From positions 390,001 through 422,000 of the forward strand of contig NZ_LT906458.1 of NCBI RefSeq assembly GCF_900187275.1: a DNA stretch of 32,000 bases, read 5' to 3'. The DNA comes from Pasteurella multocida (GTDB lineage: Bacteria > Pseudomonadota > Gammaproteobacteria > Enterobacterales > Pasteurellaceae). Under the pieces are notes generated by a model, which was given only the letters and a program-made list of their open reading frames with translations, was not told the origin of the DNA and ran no database searches. A program made the translations under genes and the position numbers. Of the stretch, positions 11,755 to 21,820 are shown piece by piece; position 1 is the stretch's first letter, and each line of letters starts with the position of its first letter.

Positions 11755-13158
11755 ATGGCAAAAAAGAACGCCCAAATTCCAAGTAAACCTCTTGAACAAG
11801 GCATTGTTCCGCCACATTCTTTAGAAGCGGAACAGTCTGTTTTAGGCGGTATTTTGATTCACCCAGCTCATTGGGATAGCATTAGTGACATGCTCATTGC
11901 CGATGATTTCTATTTAGCTGCCCATCGTGTCATTTTCCAAGAAATGGAAAATTTACTCCGTCAAGGGAAGCCAATTGATCTGATCAACCTCTACGAATTT
12001 TTACGCGAAAAGAATCTCAGTGAAGATGTTGGTGGCTTTGCCTATTTAGCTGAATTATCCAAAAACACACCAAGTGTATCCAATATTGTTTCGTATGCCG
12101 CTATCGTGCGTGATCGTGCTATTTTGCGTGATTTGATTAGTGTCAGTAATGATGTGGCGCAAAGCTGTTACACGACAAAAGGGATGGAGGTGAAAGATAT
12201 TCTGGATGAGGCAGAACGAAAAGTCTTTGCCATTTCGGAGAAACGCACCACTTCAAACGAAGGACCGCAAAATATCTGTGCGATTTTAGAAAAAACCATT
12301 GATCGTATTGAATTATTGAGTAAAACCGAAGGGCATAATGGTATCACAGGTGTCAGTACCGGTTTTGATGCGCTCGATAAGAAAACCGCCGGTTTACAGC
12401 CTTCCGATCTCATCATTGTGGCAGCCCGTCCTTCAATGGGTAAAACGACTTTTGCAATGAATTTATGTGAAAATGCAGCACTCAAAAGTGATAAACCGGT
12501 TTTAGTGTTCAGTTTAGAGATGCCAGCAGAACAAATTATGATGCGTTCTCTTGCTTCATTATCGCGTGTGGATCAAACCAAAATTCGTACTGGACAAGGG
12601 TTAGATCAAAGTGACTGGTCGAAGATTGGGAGTACAATGGGGCTGTTCGCTAATAAGCCCAACTTATATATTGATGATTCATCGGGCTTAACCCCAACGG
12701 AATTACGTTCACGTGCAAGACGAGTATATCGTGAAAACGGCGGCTTAAGTTTGATTATGGTGGACTATTTGCAATTAATGCGGGCACCGGGATTTGCCGA
12801 TAACCGTACCTTGGAGATAGCTGAAATTTCGCGTTCACTAAAAGCCTTAGCAAAAGAATTAGAAGTGCCAGTGATTGCCTTATCCCAGTTAAACCGTACC
12901 CTTGAAAATCGTGCTGATAAACGTCCAGTGAATTCTGATTTGCGTGAATCTGGCTCCATTGAACAAGATGCGGACTTAATTATGTTTATTTATCGTGATG
13001 AAGTATATAACGAGAATTCAGAAGATAAAGGCGTGGCAGAAATTATTATTGGCAAACAGCGTAATGGTCCGATTGGACGCGTGAGATTGGCGTTTAGAGG
13101 ACAATTCTCACGCTTTGATAACTTAGCCGAACAACGAGATATAAGAGACGATTATTAA
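11755..13158 (+). CDS. dnaB: Replicative DNA helicase
   Basis: 467 aa; PPHSLEAEQSVLGG, DLIIVAARPSMGKTTFAMN, PVIALSQLNRTLE match DnaB. Confidence 0.97.
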   Translation: MAKKNAQIPSKPLEQGIVPPHSLEAEQSVLGGILIHPAHWDSISDMLIADDFYLAAHRVIFQEMENLLRQGKPIDLINLYEFLREKNLSEDVGGFAYLAELSKNTPSVSNIVSYAAIVRDRAILRDLISVSNDVAQSCYTTKGMEVKDILDEAERKVFAISEKRTTSNEGPQNICAILEKTIDRIELLSKTEGHNGITGVSTGFDALDKKTAGLQPSDLIIVAARPSMGKTTFAMNLCENAALKSDKPVLVFSLEMPAEQIMMRSLASLSRVDQTKIRTGQGLDQSDWSKIGSTMGLFANKPNLYIDDSSGLTPTELRSRARRVYRENGGLSLIMVDYLQLMRAPGFADNRTLEIAEISRSLKALAKELEVPVIALSQLNRTLENRADKRPVNSDLRESGSIEQDADLIMFIYRDEVYNENSEDKGVAEIIIGKQRNGPIGRVRLAFRGQFSRFDNLAEQRDIRDDY

Positions 13159-14240
13159 TGAATATGAAACCTGCCACAGCAAAAATCAGTTCTGTGGCAT
13201 TAAAACACAACATTCAAACGATTAAACAAAAAGCCCCGCAAAGTAAAATTATTGCTGTTGTGAAAGCCAATGCCTATGGTCATGGTGTTGTGTTTGTGTC
13301 CGCTGCCGTAGAAGAGTTGGTCGATTGTTTTGGCGTCGCCCGTTTAGAAGAAGCCTTAAGTTTACGCTCAAATGGGATTACGAAACCTATTTTGCTCTTA
13401 GAAGGTTTTTTTTGCGATAAAGATTTACCGGTGATTGCGATAAATAATATTCAAACTGTTGTGCATAACGTCGAACAATTGGCAGCGTTAAAAGCAGCTA
13501 AAGTTCCTAATCCGATTAAAGTCTGGCTAAAAATTGATACTGGTATGCACCGTTTAGGGGTAGCACTAGAAGACGTTGAGTATTTTTACCAAGCGCTCCG
13601 CGATTCAGAGAATGTTGATCCACAAATTGGTTTTGTCAGCCATTTTAGTCGCGCGGATGAATTGGAATGTGACTATACCAAGTTACAATTGACACGTTTT
13701 TTAAATGCTACGCAAAATAAAGCGGGCGAAAAAAGTATTGCTGCCTCAGGTGGGATCTTATTTTGGGAAAATTCCCATTTAGACTGGATTCGTCCGGGCA
13801 TTATTATGTATGGGATTTCACCGATTAATGTACCGGCACAAGAATATGATTTAACCCCTGTGATGACCTTAACCTCCTCTCTTATTGCAATTAAACAGCA
13901 TAAAAAAGGGGAGCCAGTAGGATATGGCGGGATTTGGGTCAGCGATAAAGACACGAAAATTGGTGTGGTTGCCATTGGTTATGGCGATGGTTATCCGCGT
14001 GACATACCAACAGGCACACCGGTTTACCTCAATGGTCGTCGTGTGCCCATTGTGGGACGTGTCTCGATGGATATGTTGACAGTCGATCTCGGTGCAGAAG
14101 CACAAGACAAGGTTGGCGATGAAGTCATTCTTTGGGGCAAAGAATTGCCCATTGAAGAAATCGCGGATATTAGTGGCGTGATTAGTTATGAATTGATTAC
14201 AAAATTAACGCCACGTGTTTTAACGGAATATATTGATTAA
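13158..14240 (+). CDS. alr: Alanine racemase
   Basis: 360 aa; AVVKANAYGHG PLP-lysine motif and GYGDGYPR; start overlaps the dnaB stop (TAATG). Confidence 0.97.
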   Translation: MNMKPATAKISSVALKHNIQTIKQKAPQSKIIAVVKANAYGHGVVFVSAAVEELVDCFGVARLEEALSLRSNGITKPILLLEGFFCDKDLPVIAINNIQTVVHNVEQLAALKAAKVPNPIKVWLKIDTGMHRLGVALEDVEYFYQALRDSENVDPQIGFVSHFSRADELECDYTKLQLTRFLNATQNKAGEKSIAASGGILFWENSHLDWIRPGIIMYGISPINVPAQEYDLTPVMTLTSSLIAIKQHKKGEPVGYGGIWVSDKDTKIGVVAIGYGDGYPRDIPTGTPVYLNGRRVPIVGRVSMDMLTVDLGAEAQDKVGDEVILWGKELPIEEIADISGVISYELITKLTPRVLTEYID

Positions 14241-14256
14241 CTAATTAGCGATGAAA

Positions 14257-14281
14257 AAGTGCGGTAGAATTTACCGCACTT
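14257..14281 (+). terminator. USS-type inverted-repeat terminator downstream of alr
   Basis: AAGTGCGGTagaatttACCGCACTT followed by TTTTGTCTTTTT. Confidence 0.85.
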
Positions 14282-14330
14282 TTTGTCTTTTTAGTATTAT
14301 TTATAAAATCAGAGCTAATCTGACGAATCA

Positions 14331-16286
14331 TTATAAAAAATAAAAAGGTAAACAGGGGATAAGGTCAGTAAATTTAGGATGATTTTTGACTAATGGATAA
14401 ATACTTGAATATCCCCATGGACCGTTTTCCATGATCAGCTGAGTTTGTTGCTCATCATTGTCTCGATATTGATGATAGAGTGTTTCGCTGTCTCTATTAT
14501 CTTCCGTTAGCCAGTTTGCTGGTCTTGAAATACAAATCTGAAGAATATTATTTTTCTTACACAAGAGAGAGAAATAGATATCAGCCATGCCTGAATGGGT
14601 AAAGTCAGAAAGAGAAAATTGATTAAAGAGACTGACTCTAAAGCTAACAGTTCCTGTACCTAATACATTGACCGCTTTGTCTTTTTCCAGAGGTTTATAG
14701 AAGCTATATACCAGTCTATCCGCCGAAAAATATTTGGTCATTCTACTTGGAAAGAGAATGCCGTGTAAACCAATAACCGCTTTATCATCGTATTCATTCA
14801 GCTTCTTGATCATCGTATTGATGTAATCGCTTGGATAGATAATGTCATCATCACAGGTTATATAATATCCATCTTGATTTTTTTCAATCAACTCTTCCAG
14901 TAAAATGAATTTGCCATTATCTCTAATGGAGTTATCTTTATCTTTGCAATGAACAACGGTTGCTTTATTACCTAAATTTTTTATGAAGTCAGGGATTTCT
15001 ACATAGCCATCAAGATAAATATGAAAATGATCACATTGATTTTTTAGTATGCCGATAATACGTTGTAATTGCGCTATTCTTGAGGGAATAGAACAAATAT
15101 TGATATAAACAGGAATCTTAGGATTGGACAACTTACTCATTTCTTGTGGTACTGGTAAGGCGTCGTAAATACGAGGGAATTGAAAAAGATTTTTGAAATC
15201 ATGTGAGGCAGTTTCGTTATGCATCGCTTGAAACAGGGTTGCATAATGTTGTCTGGTATCAGACATTTTCTGTATTATGTTATGATTGTCTATCCATTCA
15301 ACCATATCAGTAAATAAAGAGTTTTCTCTCATTGTGTTGTAGTATAACGGCAAGAGTAAATTTTTTATTTTTTCTTTTCCATAATATTTCGCAATTCTAT
15401 GAAAAAACTCATCATCTGAGCCTTTAGTCGTACAATTGAAGAAACCAATTTCTTGAAATACTTTTTTGTGCATACCCAAGGTTATAAAACCTAATCTATA
15501 ATCCATATTATTGACTTTAATGATATGCTGTGTTTCTGGTGCTAGTCTTGAGTATGCACAACGAACAGCAATAGTTTCTTTATTAGCTAATAATATATTT
15601 ACACATCTTTCTATTCTTTCATGATGACATACATCATCACTATCTTGAAAGAAAATAATGTCACCTTTAGATTTTAATATGCCTGTATTTTTCGCAAAGT
15701 AAGTTCCTAGGTTTGAATTTAATCTAAATACTCTGACTTTGCTTGTTGTATTCGCTATTCTCGAGGCAATTTCAAATGTATTATCCGAGCTATCATCATC
15801 TACAATAATAATTTCTATGTTTTTATATGTTTGTAACAATAATGAATTAATAGAAGCTTCGATAAATTGCGCTGTATTGTGAGATGTCATGATAATACTG
15901 ACTAATGGATTTGCGCTGTTGGTTTCTTTGACTAACCCTAAATCACTTTTAGCGACTTCATTATATAAATCTGTTATTGATGTTGTTTGCTTATCTTTTT
16001 CTAGCTTTGCTTCTAATGCTTGATTATAGGTATATATTTTTTTAAATTCTTGCAGAACCAATTGGAGTTGTTTTAATAAAAGTTTATTTTCGTTTTCAAG
16101 GGATGCGGATAGCGGATGTTTACTGTCCTGTTTTGCCAATAGAGTTTGTTGAGAAATAATGTCTTTGTTTAAAGTTGTTTTTAGACTATCAATTTTATTT
16201 TGAAAGGTGTTGAGTTCATTTTCTTTTTCATGTTGGGGTGGATTTTTAGCTATTTGAATTTGAGTCATCTCTTTTTTTCCCTTCAT
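14331..16286 (-). CDS. hssB: Heparosan synthase 2-like dual-action glycosyltransferase, outside any capsule gene cluster in this window
   Basis: 651 aa. N-terminal GT2 domain (PLVSIIMTSHNTAQFIEASINSLLLQTYKNIEIIIVDDDSSDNT, FQDSDD) and C-terminal domain (IPVYINICSIPSRIAQLQRIIGILKNQ, YYITCDDDIIYPSDYI). Recognised as the cryptic P. multocida PmHS2/HssB protein. Confidence 0.92.
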   Translation of the reverse strand: MKGKKEMTQIQIAKNPPQHEKENELNTFQNKIDSLKTTLNKDIISQQTLLAKQDSKHPLSASLENENKLLLKQLQLVLQEFKKIYTYNQALEAKLEKDKQTTSITDLYNEVAKSDLGLVKETNSANPLVSIIMTSHNTAQFIEASINSLLLQTYKNIEIIIVDDDSSDNTFEIASRIANTTSKVRVFRLNSNLGTYFAKNTGILKSKGDIIFFQDSDDVCHHERIERCVNILLANKETIAVRCAYSRLAPETQHIIKVNNMDYRLGFITLGMHKKVFQEIGFFNCTTKGSDDEFFHRIAKYYGKEKIKNLLLPLYYNTMRENSLFTDMVEWIDNHNIIQKMSDTRQHYATLFQAMHNETASHDFKNLFQFPRIYDALPVPQEMSKLSNPKIPVYINICSIPSRIAQLQRIIGILKNQCDHFHIYLDGYVEIPDFIKNLGNKATVVHCKDKDNSIRDNGKFILLEELIEKNQDGYYITCDDDIIYPSDYINTMIKKLNEYDDKAVIGLHGILFPSRMTKYFSADRLVYSFYKPLEKDKAVNVLGTGTVSFRVSLFNQFSLSDFTHSGMADIYFSLLCKKNNILQICISRPANWLTEDNRDSETLYHQYRDNDEQQTQLIMENGPWGYSSIYPLVKNHPKFTDLIPCLPFYFL

Positions 16287-16432
16287 TTCAATAAATGAGT
16301 TTATGTTTTTATTTTTATAAACCTCACTATAGACAGATTCTTAAATATGTATATATCTCTTTGAGTTTATTTGACGTATTTTGAGTTTAAGTGAACAAGA
16401 ATACACCGATGTAGGTTATTCCCCTACACAGC

Positions 16433-16765
16433 GTGCGTTATAATTCATTTTTAAGTGTTTTAGCATTGTTCAACGTATTGTTATGGTTTACTTTTATTCT
16501 CGCTATAAGTATGACGTTCTCAGCGATAAATCTGCTAATGAGTAAGAAATTCACGATGAAAAACGTTCAGCCAACACGGCTTGATTGGTTTTTCGTCTTG
16601 TTACCTTATGTAATCGGTTTGTTCTTTGCGATTTTTGATAGTGCAACAATTGGTCAAGTTTTCTTCTGGGGTCTCATGACACATCTTGTTGCGATATTTT
16701 TATATTTTGTGTTTCATTATCCACTTACAGCTATTTGGGGTTTTGTTGTTGGCATAACGGCGTAA
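16433..16765 (+). CDS. Small hydrophobic integral membrane protein of unknown function
   Basis: 110 aa ORF (GTG start) with three or four hydrophobic segments; no recognised family. Confidence 0.55.
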   Translation: MRYNSFLSVLALFNVLLWFTFILAISMTFSAINLLMSKKFTMKNVQPTRLDWFFVLLPYVIGLFFAIFDSATIGQVFFWGLMTHLVAIFLYFVFHYPLTAIWGFVVGITA

Positions 16766-17304
16766 AAAATCTGTCAGAAATTGACCGCACTTTTTGCGCG
16801 CAATGAGCGCATTTAGCCTTTCATTACTTTCTAAGCATTTATGTCATCTCATCTATATTGTTTTCTATTTTAATGATGAGTATAGTGTTCACCAACGTCG
16901 TCCGTCGCAGTAAATCTCGACAACTGCTAACGAATGCATTGCGCAGGGATTGATATGTGGGGAGGTTCGAGTCCCACCGGGCGACACCTTCTTAATATGT
17001 TTCCCTTTTTTCATTTAAAAAAATCTATTGTCAATAAAGATGAATGGAGTACCTCTGTGCCAGATAAAGTGCTACATTTTGGCTAGGTCGTATAAACATG
17101 GATTGACTTACAAGGGGGAAATTTAATTCAGAATGCGCGAATATAAATGAATCTCAAACGATGATTTATTAACAAAATGATTACATTCATTTTGTATATT
17201 ATGCAATTAATGAATTTATAAAAGCGAAAGTTGTTCTGCCTCAAAGTTTGCCCCTTAACCTACACGTCAATTTAGTATATTATTTTCCACATTCGATATT
17301 ATAA

Positions 17305-18969
<1,665 letters not shown>

Positions 18970-18982
18970 GCGAAAGAACAAG

Positions 18983-19012
18983 AAGTGCGGTCAAAATGAC
19001 CGCACTTTTTTT
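18983..19012 (+). terminator. USS-type inverted-repeat terminator downstream of pgi
   Basis: AAGTGCGGTCaaaatGACCGCACTT followed by a T run (TTTTTTTGTG). Confidence 0.88.
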
Positions 19013-19052
19013 GTGTGTGAGTGTACTATGTCGTATGGTCTCTACAACCTTA

Positions 19053-19742
19053 CTAAATTAAGTGATGACCAATAAAAATCACTTTGCCGATAATCTCAAG
19101 GGTATGATATTGCTCAAAGGAGAGATCAATTGGCGGATAAAGTGTCTTATTGTCACTCATTAAGCGAATGCCATTGGGAAGCCCTTGAATACGCTTAATC
19201 CAGATTTGTTTACCTGAACGTATCACATAGATGCCTTCCTCTTTTGCACTGTTCACTTCACGATTAATCAGAAGTAAATCACCATGATGAATGGTTGGTA
19301 GCATGCTGTCACCGGTAGCGCTGACAAAAACGAGTTTATCTGCTGTTATGCCTCTTCCTGTTAACCTATCTTTCATTAACGTGATGTGTTGGTTTGCTTT
19401 TGCAGAAGACGTGAAGGCACTAAAACAGGCATAAAAGGGGATCGGAATGTGATCTTCTGCTTGTGTATTTTCAATAGAACTGACTTCTGTCGTATAGTGA
19501 CGACGAGGTTCATTCACTTGAGAATGAGGCTGTTCTGCTTGATATAATCCAAGTTGTTGCTGGACCGCAATAGGGAATGACGTATAGTGATATTCAAACG
19601 TTTTGCCTTTCACGCCTTGTCTTTGGCGTTTTTGCCAACCTTCTCGGGCGGCTTTTTTGACAATACCTTTATCTGATCCTGGTAAATATAAGTTTTTTTC
19701 CATGAGTTCTTTTATTGAAAACCACTCTTGATAGTTCTGCAT
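19053..19742 (-). CDS. Mu-type phage repressor-like transcriptional regulator: Mu-type N-terminal DNA-binding domain fused to a LexA/S24-like C-terminal domain
   Basis: 229 aa. N-term EWFSIKELMEKNLYLPGSDKGIVKKAAREGWQKRQRQGVKGKTFEYHYTSFP resembles Mu repressor/transposase winged helix domains; C-term FVSATGDSMLPTIHHGDLLLINRE...IWIKRIQ is an S24-type Ser/Lys domain. Confidence 0.85.
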   Translation of the reverse strand: MQNYQEWFSIKELMEKNLYLPGSDKGIVKKAAREGWQKRQRQGVKGKTFEYHYTSFPIAVQQQLGLYQAEQPHSQVNEPRRHYTTEVSSIENTQAEDHIPIPFYACFSAFTSSAKANQHITLMKDRLTGRGITADKLVFVSATGDSMLPTIHHGDLLLINREVNSAKEEGIYVIRSGKQIWIKRIQGLPNGIRLMSDNKTLYPPIDLSFEQYHTLEIIGKVIFIGHHLI

Positions 19743-19834
19743 AAAAAACCTTCTAAGGAACTCGATGTGTTTTACTTTTGTGAGTGTTTAACTTATTGAT
19801 TTATATTTAATTATAAATAGAAAGTAAATTTTCT

Positions 19835-19883
19835 TAAAAAGAACTATTGAGTTCCTTTAAAAATAATTGTATAGTTCTTTTTA
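19835..19883. promoter_or_regulatory. Candidate phage-type operator in the divergent repressor/ner intergenic region
   Basis: Perfect 13-bp inverted repeat TAAAAAGAACTAT (19835-19847) ... ATAGTTCTTTTTA (19871-19883), with a related GAGTTCCTTTAA at 19849-19860. Confidence 0.6.
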
Positions 19884-19939
19884 GTTACTCACATACCTAA
19901 TGAAAAATGTATTAATCTAAGTAGTAAGGATATCATATT

Positions 19940-20149
19940 ATGAAAAAGAGTAAAAAGAATATGCACCGCGCATATATTATTGCTGCCATTAAGGAAAAAG
20001 GTAGCTCACTCGCACAACTTTCTGTTCAAGCGGGACTACACCCCAGAACATTGAATAATGCATTAGATAGGAAGTATCCGAAAGGCGAAAAAATTATCGC
20101 TGATTTTATCGGAGTACCTGTTCAGGAGATATGGCCAGAACGTTATTAG
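19940..20149 (+). CDS. Ner/Nlp-like helix-turn-helix DNA-binding protein
   Basis: 69 aa; MHRAYIIAAIKEKGSSLAQLSVQAGLHPRTLNNALDRKYPKGEKIIADFIGVPVQEIWPERY matches the Mu Ner / SfsB (Nlp) family layout, including the terminal IWPERY. Confidence 0.88.
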   Translation: MKKSKKNMHRAYIIAAIKEKGSSLAQLSVQAGLHPRTLNNALDRKYPKGEKIIADFIGVPVQEIWPERY

Positions 20150-20578
20150 GTTTTTGTAATAAAACATGATGAATCTTTCTTTATTCAAAATTGGATAAAA
20201 AAGAAATCACTTCATCAGAAAAGTATTGGCGCTCGCAAAGGGCATTTAAACGACATATCACATTTATTTTTTATGTAAAAACATGGATAAGGATGTTTGC
20301 GTTTAACGCATGAAAAAATAAAAGAATGTATGTTTTAGGTTGATTTGTATTTAATGGATTAACCTGACACAACATTAGCTCATGCCAATAGTCAACGCAT
20401 TTCATCCTTTTAATTGATTTGCTAAACGCAATTTGATTTCCCCATTCTTTTTACATGACATCCTGTTTTGGACGAAAGTAAGTGCAAGAAGACTATCATA
20501 CTCACTTGTTTTGTTAACCCTCATGCATTTATTCGTTACAGGCACGGAAGACACGATGAGCAAGGATGCCTCTCAGTT

Positions 20579-20604
20579 AAGGGCAAAGCGATGGCTTTGC
20601 CCTT
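20579..20604 (+). terminator. Strong hairpin, possible terminator
   Basis: AAGGGCAAAGC-GATG-GCTTTGCCCTT (11-bp perfect stem) followed by the moderately T-rich GTTTGTT, downstream of the Ner-like gene. Confidence 0.55.
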
Positions 20605-20626
20605 GTTTGTTGCCTCGGGTTGAATG

Positions 20627-21664
20627 TTAGCGTGTTGCCCATTCTGCTAATGGTAAAGGGGCATCATCTGACCAAATCCGTTGCCAGAAGGTGAGCAGAA
20701 CTTTCTTATTTAGATGACTTTTGATCGTTGGATAAGCCTTCGGCAGTACGGCTTGCCATTCGCCTTGATGTTTTTCTGCCACAATAAAACGGAAATTAAA
20801 CTGTCCAGCTAAGCCCATTCGGGTATCGCTAGCCACTAATTGATTGCCAATTTGTTCATAATGTACCCAATCGGAAGTAAACCATTCAAAACGTTGTAGT
20901 TGTGGTGAGGTGGCAATGACATTCTGTTTCAGTGTTTGGTTTAATGGAATTCTGATAAATTCAGGTGCATTTTTATCTAGCCAACCACTGACCGCATCGT
21001 ATAAGTTGCCTTGCTTATCCTTCGCAATCACACGCCACAAAATAATATTAAAAGGCGTTGGGGTCGCTAACACGCCATCAACCTCAATCCCTTGCTGTGT
21101 TAAAACACTTTCGAACCGATGTTCATGATAAGCGCGACTCATAAAGCCGACTGCAAAATAGACGCAACCAAACAATAAAGCAGTAAAAAGATAACGTATT
21201 GCACGAGGATCTAGCTTTCGCCAATATGCCCAAAGGCATGTAAAAATCAGCGGTAACGTATAAATCGGATCGATCACAAAAACCGTGGACCACACCACGG
21301 GTGGAGAAGGAATAGGCCAAAAGAGTTGGGTGCCGTAAACTGTCATCGCATCAATCAGAGGATGGGTAATTAATGCTAGCGTCAGAGTAATAAATAACCT
21401 TCGAAATGAAAAAGGTAAGTTCGTATGACGTTTAAAGGTCAGCCATGTGATAAAAAACGCCAATGCTGTGAGGACAAAAAGAGAATGACTAAACCCGCGG
21501 TGGTAAGTCATGGAGGAAATGGGATCGGCATAGCGGATAAAAACATCCAGATCGGGCAAGGTGCCGAGTAGTCCACCATAAAGCAAGGCTTTTCTTCCTT
21601 GATATTTTCCCATGCCAACCCCTTGCACGGCGGCACCAAGTACAAATTGCGTAACTGAATCCAT
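20627..21664 (-). CDS. YdjM-like membrane-bound metal-dependent hydrolase family protein
   Basis: 345 aa; MDSVTQFVLGAAVQGVGMGKYQGRKALLYGGLLGTLPDLDVFI...MTYHRGFSHSLFVL, the DUF457/YdjM signature, with multiple transmembrane segments. Confidence 0.85.
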   Translation of the reverse strand: MDSVTQFVLGAAVQGVGMGKYQGRKALLYGGLLGTLPDLDVFIRYADPISSMTYHRGFSHSLFVLTALAFFITWLTFKRHTNLPFSFRRLFITLTLALITHPLIDAMTVYGTQLFWPIPSPPVVWSTVFVIDPIYTLPLIFTCLWAYWRKLDPRAIRYLFTALLFGCVYFAVGFMSRAYHEHRFESVLTQQGIEVDGVLATPTPFNIILWRVIAKDKQGNLYDAVSGWLDKNAPEFIRIPLNQTLKQNVIATSPQLQRFEWFTSDWVHYEQIGNQLVASDTRMGLAGQFNFRFIVAEKHQGEWQAVLPKAYPTIKSHLNKKVLLTFWQRIWSDDAPLPLAEWATR

Positions 21665-21820
21665 AATGCGTTTGCCTTTTCATTCTTCGAAAATAGCCTG
21701 TATTTTGGGCAGAAATGTTGTCAAGGTCAATGAAATTTACTTTGCATAAAAAACGGCACTTGAAATCAAGTGCCGTTGTGTTGTGGTTTGCTATTGTTAT
21801 AAGAGAAATGAGTGTGAGAA

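Noticed and set aside
20433-20630. 65 aa ORF upstream of the YdjM-like gene
   Set aside because: Its frame runs through the 20579-20604 hairpin and ends in Cys/Pro/Leu-rich unstructured sequence with no recognisable similarity; more likely chance.
21700-21716. Possible LexA box upstream of the YdjM-like gene (CTGTATTTTGGGCAG)
   Set aside because: Spacing between CTGT and the CAG half-site is one base short and the second half lacks ACAG, so it does not meet the consensus.
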